A DNA stretch of 43,496 nt from an uncultured archaeon (GTDB taxonomy: Archaea > Asgardarchaeota > Lokiarchaeia > Sigyniarchaeales > SOKP01). Both the position numbers and the translations under genes were made by a program. Shown here piece by piece: positions 9,344 through 18,449 of the stretch. The stretch is taken from the NCBI GenBank assembly GCA_964508365.1, contig CAZDTP010000033.1, positions 1 to 43,496 of the forward strand, in the 5' to 3' direction. The stretch's first letter is position 1, and each line of letters begins with the position of its first letter. Below the pieces are notes generated by a model. It made no database searches, was not told the origin of the DNA, and saw only the letters and a program-made list of their open reading frames with translations.

Positions 9344-9385
9344 CTTTATTTGTAATATTTCTTATAAATATGATTACATTTAAAC

Positions 9386-9679
9386 ATGCGTATGTCGGAA
9401 TTTCAGGCGTTACTCAAAAAGCTCTACCTTCACAAGGACCTAAATCGAGGGATTAAAAGCACGTACATCTGGCTTATTGAAGAAATCGGTGAGCTTGCTA
9501 CTTTATTAAACGCCCAAGAATTAGATAAAACAAAGATTTCTGAAGAGTTAGCAGATATAATAGCTTGGACAATTTCTATCGCAAATATCTTAGATATTGA
9601 TATAGAAAAAGCTATAGTTAGTAAATACCCCAATAAGTGTAAAAAGTGTAATTCCTCTCCTTGTAATTGTGTAAAATGA
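9386..9679 (+). CDS. MazG-like nucleotide pyrophosphohydrolase
   Basis: WLIEEIGELA...EELADIIAW all-alpha NTP-PPase motif; KYP..C..C...PC.C tail typical of archaeal members. Confidence 0.85.
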   Translation: MRMSEFQALLKKLYLHKDLNRGIKSTYIWLIEEIGELATLLNAQELDKTKISEELADIIAWTISIANILDIDIEKAIVSKYPNKCKKCNSSPCNCVK

Positions 9680-9741
9680 TTAAATTAATATTTTTTATAA
9701 TATATATTAATTAAAAATCAAAAGAAAGTGAATCCATAGAA

Positions 9742-10497
9742 GTGAAACGGGAAGATACAAATAATTCTTTTATTCATGAGAATGCTATCGTCGATAAAAA
9801 TGCATTTATTGATACATTTTCAACAATAGGAAAAGGAGTTACAATTGAAAGCGGAGTTTATATTTCTAAGGGTGTCAATATTTACGGAAACGCTTTAATT
9901 CAATCGGGGACTTATATAGGGGAAAATTGTATTATTGGGCACCGCCAACGAGCGGAATTATTAGAAGTGGTAAAGAGTCAGAAGAATGGAACGGATTACG
10001 AGAGTCCATTAGTTTCTATTGGAACAGATTGTACCATAAGGGCAGGTAGTATAATTTACTCTGAAGTCTTAATTGGGAATAACTGTCAAACAGGAAATAA
10101 TGTTATGATAAGAGAAAAAACAGTAATAGGGCATAATACAGTTATTGGTACTAACACGGTTATTGACGGTAATGTAGTAATAGGTAATAAAGTTAGTATT
10201 CAAACGGGAGTATATATTCCGTTATATTGTAGAATTGGAAATAATGTATTTATGGGTCCTTTCAGTAAATTAACGAATGATAAATATATGGAGCGGAAGG
10301 AATTTGATTTGATTGGTCCAACAATTGAAGACGAAGTATCACTAGGTGCAAATTCAGTTATTTTTCCGGGAATAACTTTAAAAAGGGGAACAATTGTTGG
10401 AGCAGGTGCTGTTGTTACCAAAAATACTAATGAAAGAGATATAATTGTTGGAAACCCTGCTAAGTTATTAAAAAAAAAACCTGCAGATTGGATTTAA
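9742..10497 (+). CDS. Hexapeptide-repeat (left-handed beta-helix) sugar N/O-acetyltransferase, WbpD/WxcM-like
   Basis: Extensive [LIV]Gxxxx repeats; IGNNVFMGP..LTND, SLGANS.IFPG.T, IVGAGAVVTK, VGNPAK; GTG start. Confidence 0.8.
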   Translation: MKREDTNNSFIHENAIVDKNAFIDTFSTIGKGVTIESGVYISKGVNIYGNALIQSGTYIGENCIIGHRQRAELLEVVKSQKNGTDYESPLVSIGTDCTIRAGSIIYSEVLIGNNCQTGNNVMIREKTVIGHNTVIGTNTVIDGNVVIGNKVSIQTGVYIPLYCRIGNNVFMGPFSKLTNDKYMERKEFDLIGPTIEDEVSLGANSVIFPGITLKRGTIVGAGAVVTKNTNERDIIVGNPAKLLKKKPADWI

Positions 10498-10557
10498 ATC
10501 ACAATTTATGCTTCTTTTTCAAATTTTTAAAAAACAACTGAAAGAATTATTTTAATT

Positions 10558-11667
10558 ATGAGTATAGCAAGAAAGAAAATTTGGATTGATATTGAAGAAC
10601 CAAAAACAGGTATAATGTTTAAATCTCTTATAGAAAAATTTAGAAATGATGGAGCTGATATCCTTGTTACAGCAAGAGATTACGACTCAACCTTTCAAAT
10701 TCTAGACGATTTAGAAATAATTTATGAGAAAGTAGGGAAGCATGGGGGCGCTACTTTAGAAAATAAATTAACGTCATATATCAACCGTTTGACGGAATTA
10801 TTCCCTAAAGTTGTAAATTTTAAGCCAGATTATTTTATTACATTTTCATCTGTTGAGGGTACAAGAATCTCGTATGGTTTGAATATCCCTTCGATAGGTT
10901 ATAACGACGAACCTCGTAATATTCCAGTATGTAAATTAATATTTCCCTATTTAGATAATATTATTACTCCTAATTGTGTTCCCGAGCAACTGTACATAGA
11001 CCTCCACGCAAATCCAAATAAATTGTTAAGATTTAATGGTATAGACGAGATAGCTTGGTTATCGGAGTATCAACCAAATCCTTCCATACTTGATGAATAT
11101 AATTTAAAGAAGGGAGAGTATGTAGTTATACGAAGTGAACCCTCATTTGCAAGCTATTTTATTGATATTCTTAAGCCAGAAGAATCATTAATTAGCAAGT
11201 TCTTTCCTCCTATCTTTAAAGAATTTCCAAACCATAAATATCTGATAATTGTAAGAACTAAAAAGCAAGAATTATTTCTTAACGAGAAATTGGAGAATTA
11301 CAAAAGATATTCCAATATAAAAATAACAAGATACATGCCGAATATGATTGATCTGTGTTTTTACAGCAGTTTAGTAATCAGTGGCGGTGGAACAATAGTA
11401 CGTGAATCAAGTCTATTAAATGTACCAAGTATAGAATTTTTTCCAGGAGAAACAGCACCCCAAGAGAGTTTTTTAATAAATAATGGCTTCCCTTTACAAC
11501 ATATAAAAGGAATTGACGAAATCGTAAAAAAATCTTTGGGGATTCTCTCAACCAGACCGAAATCTGATAGGTTTAACAATAACTTTCGAGAAAAAATATT
11601 GAATTTTGAGAATCCAAATGAAGTCTGTTATAAAACTGTTAAGAAAAACCTCTTGGAGGGCTCTTAG
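10558..11667 (+). CDS. DUF354-family protein (GT-B-like putative glycosyltransferase)
   Basis: KKIWIDI, LVTARDY, VGKHGG, FNGIDEIAWL, VIRSEP...SY, ISGGGTI.RESSLLNVPSI pattern. Confidence 0.7.
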   Translation: MSIARKKIWIDIEEPKTGIMFKSLIEKFRNDGADILVTARDYDSTFQILDDLEIIYEKVGKHGGATLENKLTSYINRLTELFPKVVNFKPDYFITFSSVEGTRISYGLNIPSIGYNDEPRNIPVCKLIFPYLDNIITPNCVPEQLYIDLHANPNKLLRFNGIDEIAWLSEYQPNPSILDEYNLKKGEYVVIRSEPSFASYFIDILKPEESLISKFFPPIFKEFPNHKYLIIVRTKKQELFLNEKLENYKRYSNIKITRYMPNMIDLCFYSSLVISGGGTIVRESSLLNVPSIEFFPGETAPQESFLINNGFPLQHIKGIDEIVKKSLGILSTRPKSDRFNNNFREKILNFENPNEVCYKTVKKNLLEGS

Positions 11668-12773
11668 AGGTTCATAAATTTTTCGTATTCCTTTTCTAAT
11701 CTTTTGCCTACTGCATTCCAACTATACTTTTGGATATATTTTTGAGCATTAATAACTAATTGATTTCTTAGATCATCATTGTGTAGTAGGAAATTAATTT
11801 TCTCTGCTAATTTAATGGGATTTCTAGGCGAAACAAAGAGCGCGTGGTCCTCTAATATTTCTTTAAATACCGAAATTGCTGAACAAATAACAGGAGTTCC
11901 ACAAGAAATGGCTTCCAAAGGGGTTAATCCAAATCCTTCAGATGAAGATGAATATGTAATAAAAATGTCTCCCATCGAAAAATAGAATGGAATATCAGAT
12001 TCGGGGATAAAACCTAAAAAACGAACATCTTTATAATCAGCAATCCAATTATTGTATTCATTTTTCATTAAAAAATCAGGCTTTCCACCAATAACTAACT
12101 TGATATTAGGATTTTCGCTTTTAACTAGCTTATAAGCTTCAATTATACTTTTCACACCCTTATATTGTGTTATTCTTCCAACAAATAATAAAACTGGACC
12201 CTGAATATTTAGTTTTTCCTTTAATTTTTGAGCTTCATTAGGATATGGTTTGTATTTTTCATCAATACCGTTGTAAATCGTGTTAATTTTATACTTGTCG
12301 ATATTAGGAATAAAATGCTGGAATTCCTGCTTAATAAAATTAGATACTGTTATTATCGAAGATGCTCTTTTTGAAACAAATTTAATTAAAAGCTTTTCTA
12401 ATGGAATTTTTGTGAGTTGTGTTTCAAAAGGAGTAAAATCGTGAATTGTACAAATAAATTTTTTCTGAAGGGATAAAATCACTGGTAAGGCAGCCTTTGC
12501 GCTATTTGCATGCACAATATCGAATCTATTACTTCTTAAGTATCTAATGACTTTAAAATAAAAATGAAGCACCCATAGAAACCTTTTTCTGATTAAATCG
12601 AATTGAATAATGTCGGGAGTGTCTAAGTCTTTATTCCATTTACCTGTGACTAATTTAACGCTATGTCCCTGTTTTTTTAAATATTCAAAAAGAGCTCTGA
12701 TGACTTTTGCCTCGCCATCCACACTATCTGGAGAAACAGTTAAAGAAATAAGGCATATTTTTAGTTTTCTCAT
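11664..12773 (-). CDS. Glycosyltransferase family 4 (GT-B)
   Basis: DIVHAN, TIHD, IITVS, IYNGID, LLFVGRITQYKG, EGFGLTPLEAISCGTPVICS motifs. Confidence 0.9.
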   Translation of the reverse strand: MRKLKICLISLTVSPDSVDGEAKVIRALFEYLKKQGHSVKLVTGKWNKDLDTPDIIQFDLIRKRFLWVLHFYFKVIRYLRSNRFDIVHANSAKAALPVILSLQKKFICTIHDFTPFETQLTKIPLEKLLIKFVSKRASSIITVSNFIKQEFQHFIPNIDKYKINTIYNGIDEKYKPYPNEAQKLKEKLNIQGPVLLFVGRITQYKGVKSIIEAYKLVKSENPNIKLVIGGKPDFLMKNEYNNWIADYKDVRFLGFIPESDIPFYFSMGDIFITYSSSSEGFGLTPLEAISCGTPVICSAISVFKEILEDHALFVSPRNPIKLAEKINFLLHNDDLRNQLVINAQKYIQKYSWNAVGKRLEKEYEKFMNL

Positions 12774-12810
12774 AAGTTCTCTGAGATTAAGTGGTTTTAT
12801 ATCTCCAATT

Positions 12811-13791
12811 TCAGGTTAGCTGTTTAAATCCATCTTCAGTTATCAATATCGTTTCTTCACTCTGAGCGACAAACTCTCCCTTCTGTTCTGCTAGAACATA
12901 ATGAACTCGAATTTTTCCTTGCTGAATTAGTTCTTGGAGTCCAAAAACAACACCCATTCTAAAGTCTTTAGCTAACCATCTTTCTGCAAAAGGAAGAGTT
13001 TTGTAATTTTTATTGATATGTCCTAGAATTTGCTTAGATGTTTTTCTCCTCAGCGGAACTCTTCCTGCGTAGGGGTTTAATTCATAGATATAGGAAGCAT
13101 TTGTATTGTGAATGCTTCCTTCTCCTGTTGAAGCAAAAATTTCTATAGCAAAAACTTCCCCTTCTTCCATAACATCCCCACCTTGGTTACCCAATTCAGG
13201 CAACTGTTTTTTACCGTGTACAATCCATCTTTCAATTTGATGACCGCCTAATTCTTTTATTGGGTTAAATTTAAATCCTTTTACGATGTCTTCTATTTTT
13301 TTTCCTAATTCCCTAGTGTTGACTTTGGGTTTAGCTAACATTTTTGCTGCTTCAAGGGCTATTTCTGTTGCTTGAATTAAATTTTCAAGGGATTTTTCAT
13401 CATTAAAACTTACTGTAAAGGCAGTATCAACAATGTAACCTTCGATATGAACTCCTAAATCAATTTTCACAATATCTCCTTCATTAATAGTAAGTTCATC
13501 GTCTTTAATTGGAGATGTATAATGAGCTGCTGTATTATTTATACTTACATTGATGGGGAAAGCCCATTCTCCACCTAACTCGATGATTTTTGCTTCAGCA
13601 CTTTTAATAAGATTAAATACATTTGTTCCAACCTCTACTTGCGGCCTAATGAATTTTTTTACTTCTTGAGCAATTTTACCCGCTTTATTAAGAGATTCTA
13701 ACTTAATTTTTTTCTCTTCGGCTTCAGTTTCTGCTTCTTCCTTACTACTTCCTTGATCAGATTGATTTTTCAATTTGTTTATCTCATTCAT
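12811..13791 (-). CDS. map: Methionine aminopeptidase, type II
   Basis: AFPINVSINNTAAHYT, KIDLGVHIEGYIVDTAFT, LGGH.I....VH, FAIEIFASTG.G, VAQSEETILIT; type-II helical insert present. Confidence 0.93.
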   Translation of the reverse strand: MNEINKLKNQSDQGSSKEEAETEAEEKKIKLESLNKAGKIAQEVKKFIRPQVEVGTNVFNLIKSAEAKIIELGGEWAFPINVSINNTAAHYTSPIKDDELTINEGDIVKIDLGVHIEGYIVDTAFTVSFNDEKSLENLIQATEIALEAAKMLAKPKVNTRELGKKIEDIVKGFKFNPIKELGGHQIERWIVHGKKQLPELGNQGGDVMEEGEVFAIEIFASTGEGSIHNTNASYIYELNPYAGRVPLRRKTSKQILGHINKNYKTLPFAERWLAKDFRMGVVFGLQELIQQGKIRVHYVLAEQKGEFVAQSEETILITEDGFKQLT

Positions 13792-13998
13792 TAATATATG
13801 TTAATGTTAAAATCGATAAAAATATTTTTTAATTTAAGTACCACATACATTATAAAATAGAAAAAATAAGGTAAACATTAATAATTAAATTAAGTTAATT
13901 TTAATAGATCATATAAGTTATTGATTTATCACTCATTACGATGATTTACATTTGAGTGAAAAATTTTGTAAGGCTTTAAAACTCTCGTTAAAATGTTA

Positions 13999-14004
13999 GG
14001 AGGT
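13999..14004 (+). promoter_or_regulatory. Shine-Dalgarno motif GGAGGT for the roadblock gene
   Basis: GGAGGT lies 8 nt before the TTG start at 14013. Confidence 0.55.
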
Positions 14005-14012
14005 AATTATGG

Positions 14013-14384
14013 TTGTCTGAGAATATTAGCGAGCTCACCGATCTACTAAGAAAATTATCAGCAGTAAATAGTGATATAGAGGGTTCTGCTATTGTTAGTG
14101 TTCAAGGACTTCCTATTTGTTCCGTTTTAAGTCGTAATGTGAATGATGGCATAGTTTCTGCGATGTCAGCAGCTATACAGAGCGTTTCAGAGCGAGCGGT
14201 TGAGGAACTTGATAGAGGCGAGTTAAAAAGAATTCTTATTGAAGGTCTAAATGGAATTATTGTTCTTTCTAAAGCTGGTGAAAACGCTATTTTATGCACG
14301 CTTTGTGGCGCTAATTCTAGTTTAGGTATGGTTTTTCTAAATATCCAGAGTGTTTCCAATAGGATTGCTTCACTTTTAGATTAG
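14013..14384 (+). CDS. Roadblock/LC7 (MglB-like) domain protein
   Basis: DIEGSAIVSVQGLPICS...SAMSAAI.SVSERA..EL.RGELKRILIEG.NG.IVL..AGENAIL is a typical roadblock sequence; TTG start. Confidence 0.88.
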   Translation: MSENISELTDLLRKLSAVNSDIEGSAIVSVQGLPICSVLSRNVNDGIVSAMSAAIQSVSERAVEELDRGELKRILIEGLNGIIVLSKAGENAILCTLCGANSSLGMVFLNIQSVSNRIASLLD

Positions 14385-14467
14385 AAAACGCAATAATTTT
14401 TATTTTCTGTATTTTAAAATTAAAATGTAGAGAAAAAAAAGTAATTAAATTAGGTTATGTCTTAATT

Positions 14468-14872
14468 TCATTTTGTCTTCAAATCCCTAGAAGGATGTTT
14501 TTCGAGATATACATTAATTACAGCAATTAAACCATTACCAATACCTCCACCAACTGCCCCAAATATAGCTGCTAATAGTATTATGAGTATTAAAAATATC
14601 CATCCAGAACCACCTCCAAAGATTAACTCTCCGAATTGATCGAGCGTTAAATAAACATTTCGTGTATACATTCCAACTATGATATAAATTCCCCATGAGA
14701 GGGTGACACCACTAACACCACTTAAGATCCCGCGTTTTAACGATTTATTAAGCATTCCAGCAATAATCCCTGGTATTATCACTAACTGCCAAACTGGAAT
14801 TAGAGTTAGTAACATTGTTAGACATAAAACTATAACTATACTTATGTAGAACGTTCTATTTTCAATTTCCAT
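14468..14872 (-). CDS. Small 4-TM membrane protein (DUF5518-like), function unknown
   Basis: Gly-rich hydrophobic helices. Start moved from 14914 to ATG 14872 because GGAGG (14881-14885) lies 8 nt upstream and this removes the overlap with the acylase gene. Confidence 0.6.
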   Translation of the reverse strand: MEIENRTFYISIVIVLCLTMLLTLIPVWQLVIIPGIIAGMLNKSLKRGILSGVSGVTLSWGIYIIVGMYTRNVYLTLDQFGELIFGGGSGWIFLILIILLAAIFGAVGGGIGNGLIAVINVYLEKHPSRDLKTK

Positions 14873-14876
14873 GCCA

Positions 14877-17459
14877 TTAACCTCCAGTTGGAAAGAAATA
14901 TAATTTAGATTCAATTGAACTAGTAGGAAAGTTGTATAATGTGTTTGAGAAATATTGATAATGGTATTTACCTTGTAAGAAAAGTTGTTCTAGTTGATCT
15001 GAATAGTGTTTTGAATTTGAAAGACCTCGTTGTCCTGATGGAATTACGCTTAATGAATTATTTAAATCGCTAAAGTCGATAATTAGTCTCTCAGACGCTC
15101 CGCCTCTTGCGTACCCTACTCCATTTTTTATATTTACCCCAGAGGGATTGATGGTATACCCCTCCCCATCGGCTTCATAAGGACCTTTACTTAAGAAATC
15201 TAACTGAGTAAGAGAGGTGAAGTAAAGTTGATGAAGATCGCCCCACCTCCAAGTTGTTGGATCATCTGAATTATAAAAATCTTCTAACCAATCTATAGTA
15301 GCATTTAATGCTTGAATCATTATATCATCTCTTGTTTCATTTTCAGGCGTGGAGATATTATTGAACCAATGAGAAGATACATTTTCTTTCATTAAATACT
15401 CTAATACCACAATTCTAGAGCGTATATTAATTCCATATAATGTAGATTCGTCGTCAAATGTAAAATCTTGGAAAAAATCTCTCCATTTACGATAAATTGT
15501 TGGTGCGCTTTTGTCTTTATCCATAATATAACCCCAGCTTTCTAATTCAGTGAGAATTTTGTTGATTTTTGTGGGAATTGTAGGACCATAATAATCGTGA
15601 ATAACGTCAATTAACTTTGGAATGAACGCCCTCGCTGCAGTTGAGTTCACATCGTTTTGTATATTTTTCATAGTCTCTACACTTACAGATCCATCAGCAG
15701 CATTCATAAGAAGTTCATTTATTCTTCTTGCTCTGTATCCATCAGCGTATTCGTTTTGTAAGAAATATTTTTTGTATTCCGGTCCTGCGACAATTTGGTT
15801 TGCGGAAGCTAAATATTTTTGCGATGGATTAAGAGAATTAGGTAATTCTTCAAAGGGAATATATCCAGTCCATTCTCCTTCACCGTTTGAACCGTTATAT
15901 GGGAGTGTTCCGTTTCCTAAATGTCCTGGAGGGTTTTTAGAATCGTCTCTAATCGGTACTTTGCCTGTTGGTCTAATAGCGATGTTTCCATCTATATCCG
16001 CGTATACAATATTTTGAGCAAGAAGAGTCCAGTATTTTGAACCTTCGTCAAATTCTGCCCTATTATTTGCTCGATCAAACCCATTACCAGCAAGGATATT
16101 GAAAAAGTAATCGTTAGCAGTCCATTTTGGCGCTAAAACAATGTCTCCTAGAGATGAAGATAATCCAAAATCAATTAAATCACTGAATACAGGCCCATGA
16201 ACAGTATAGTTAACTACGAACTTAATTGTCTCTTGATCTTTAACTTTTATGTTATATGTTTTTTGTGTATAAGCTGTTGATATTCCGTTGTAAATGTAGT
16301 TATTTGGTCCATCCTTATTATAATAATACCAATCTATTACATCATATCCAGTGTTTGTGAACCCCCAACCTACCCTTTCATTATGACCTACGGCAACACC
16401 AGGCATCCCCGGTATTATGAAGCCATATACGTGAAATCCTGTATCTTCAGCTTTTAAATGTTGTTCATACCATACTCCTGGCATCAACCAAGCAAGATGC
16501 ATATCGTTACAGAGGATTGGCGAACCTGTATTGCTCAAAGTGCCGTTAACAACCCAATTATTTGACCCTATTATTTGCTCTTTTTGGTTCTCCATTAAGA
16601 TTTTCTCGGAATCAATTTCTTGAATCTTTTCCAGAAAGTTTGTAATTTCCGATTTTAAAGCGTCATTAGGTTTCAAATCAACTCCCGCTATCATAGGACT
16701 TTCTGGATAATCCCCGTACTCGGGAATTATAGGGATTTGATAAGGTAAAGGTTCTCCAAAAAGTTCGTTATAATATGTATGATTCAACGATTGTAAAGTA
16801 ACATATCTTTCTAAATCATTACTATTCCAAGACATCTGTCTTGCCATTTCCTGTACTAGACATAACGTATCGACGGTCGTCCATTTGGTAGGTTTAAAAT
16901 CTGTTAGTTGGTATTCTAATGGTTTGAAATCGTTATGAGTTTCAATATAGAGATTAATTCCATCAACATACCTTTCAAATGAACTAAAATAATCAAGTGT
17001 TCCATTAGCATACATCTCTCTCAATAATTCATCAGTTTTAATAGCTGAATCCTCCATTCCCCTCGCAAGCGCGATTTTGTCATTGGTTAACATACTTTCT
17101 CCTAAAATTTCTGACAATCCTCCTCGCACTTGACGGCGCCACATATCCATTTGGAAAAGCCTGTCTTGAGCATGGCAATAACCTTGGGCAAAAAAGAGAT
17201 CCTCTTCGTATTCGGCAAAAATATGAGGTATACCCCAATCATCACGAATAACAGTAACTTCCCCTCTTAACCCTTGTATATTTAACCTTTCTGCTGCTGG
17301 AAGCTCTCCCGGAACTTTCCATACTCCGTTTCCTGGAAATAAGAGGTTACCTAACGGGGGTATACCCATTAAGGGCAGTGAAAAGAGAGTCATAACGATA
17401 ATTGCGAGCGGTACAAAAATAGATAATTTTATTACACCTTTCTTTGCAAGATTTCTCAT
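14877..17459 (-). CDS. Penicillin acylase-family Ntn hydrolase (PvdQ/QuiP-like), membrane-anchored
   Basis: V.VIRDDWGIPHIFA, AQGYCHAQDRLFQMD, GSNNWVV (catalytic Ser at the beta-chain start), NDMHL, QNIVYADIDGNI, SANQ, SGQ.G...S.HYSDQ. Confidence 0.88.
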   Translation of the reverse strand: MRNLAKKGVIKLSIFVPLAIIVMTLFSLPLMGIPPLGNLLFPGNGVWKVPGELPAAERLNIQGLRGEVTVIRDDWGIPHIFAEYEEDLFFAQGYCHAQDRLFQMDMWRRQVRGGLSEILGESMLTNDKIALARGMEDSAIKTDELLREMYANGTLDYFSSFERYVDGINLYIETHNDFKPLEYQLTDFKPTKWTTVDTLCLVQEMARQMSWNSNDLERYVTLQSLNHTYYNELFGEPLPYQIPIIPEYGDYPESPMIAGVDLKPNDALKSEITNFLEKIQEIDSEKILMENQKEQIIGSNNWVVNGTLSNTGSPILCNDMHLAWLMPGVWYEQHLKAEDTGFHVYGFIIPGMPGVAVGHNERVGWGFTNTGYDVIDWYYYNKDGPNNYIYNGISTAYTQKTYNIKVKDQETIKFVVNYTVHGPVFSDLIDFGLSSSLGDIVLAPKWTANDYFFNILAGNGFDRANNRAEFDEGSKYWTLLAQNIVYADIDGNIAIRPTGKVPIRDDSKNPPGHLGNGTLPYNGSNGEGEWTGYIPFEELPNSLNPSQKYLASANQIVAGPEYKKYFLQNEYADGYRARRINELLMNAADGSVSVETMKNIQNDVNSTAARAFIPKLIDVIHDYYGPTIPTKINKILTELESWGYIMDKDKSAPTIYRKWRDFFQDFTFDDESTLYGINIRSRIVVLEYLMKENVSSHWFNNISTPENETRDDIMIQALNATIDWLEDFYNSDDPTTWRWGDLHQLYFTSLTQLDFLSKGPYEADGEGYTINPSGVNIKNGVGYARGGASERLIIDFSDLNNSLSVIPSGQRGLSNSKHYSDQLEQLFLQGKYHYQYFSNTLYNFPTSSIESKLYFFPTGG

Positions 17460-17712
17460 AATATAACCTTTAAAATTATAATAATATCCATCGAATTTTT
17501 AGTAATAAATTCTAATATAATTCTATGTCAATTTCCTTTATAAAATATCTTTTTTTTCTAAAATAAAAGGATTTCAAAACAAAATTAGGCTACCCAATTC
17601 TCTATTAAGATAAGAAGATAAATTTTAATCAAGAAGTAATTATAAATACAAAATCCACAATATAATATATAAATTTGAAATAAATCTACACTAAAAAAAA
17701 AGGTATATTGAT

Positions 17713-18411
17713 ATGGTTGACGCATTAGGATTATTAGATGGCTTAACGGCCACAGGTATTATTTTATCAGCTACATTTTTTGCATTGCTATCGTTATATA
17801 AATCAATAAAATTAAAAGCAAAACTCTTAACATTCGCTGCATTGACTATGCTTTTTGTTGGCTTTCTATGGCTTGGTCCATTTATAGATTTTATTTTAGT
17901 TACATTTACAGGAACCAACATAACACCAATCTATTTATATTCGTTATTAAGTTATTTGTGGGTAGCTCCGACATTAATTGTTGCAATGTATCTTGGTGGT
18001 GAACTTTTAATACCTAAAAAAAAATGGATATTAGTTGGAGCATTTATTATATTAGGTATTATATTTGAGTACTTTCTATGGTTCCAAACAAACGAATCCT
18101 TCACATGGACACTTACTAATCCAGGTCAGGATTTAATTGATGCTAGTTTTATTAGGGATCATCCAACATTTTTATTAGTTGCTTTGTTCCTCGTATCAGC
18201 TTTAGTATTTCTTGGTATTGGGTTTTTTATTAAGGCAAAACAAGCAACTGGAGAATTAAGAAAGAAATTTTTCTATTTAGGGTTAGGATTCACAATTTTC
18301 GTTGTCTGCGGAGCTTTAGATTCTATTATTCCACCCGGAATTGCTATTGGGTTTGTAAGAGGGTTAATGATGACTTTCGCTTTTTGGATGTATTTAGGTC
18401 TAAAAACTTAA
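17713..18411 (+). CDS. Seven-TM membrane protein of unknown function
   Basis: Seven hydrophobic segments counted by eye; no cytoplasmic enzymatic domain; no Lys in helix 7. Confidence 0.6.
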   Translation: MVDALGLLDGLTATGIILSATFFALLSLYKSIKLKAKLLTFAALTMLFVGFLWLGPFIDFILVTFTGTNITPIYLYSLLSYLWVAPTLIVAMYLGGELLIPKKKWILVGAFIILGIIFEYFLWFQTNESFTWTLTNPGQDLIDASFIRDHPTFLLVALFLVSALVFLGIGFFIKAKQATGELRKKFFYLGLGFTIFVVCGALDSIIPPGIAIGFVRGLMMTFAFWMYLGLKT

Positions 18412-18449
18412 AAAACATCAAAAAAAATTTAAATTTCTCTTTTTTTTTA

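Noticed and set aside
14873-14914. 38-bp overlap between the acylase and the small membrane gene
   Set aside because: Artefact of longest-ORF calling; the ATG at 14872 has a well-spaced GGAGG.
17713-18411. 7TM protein as a microbial rhodopsin or heliorhodopsin
   Set aside because: No retinal-binding Lys in helix 7 and no DxxxK/SxxxK motif.
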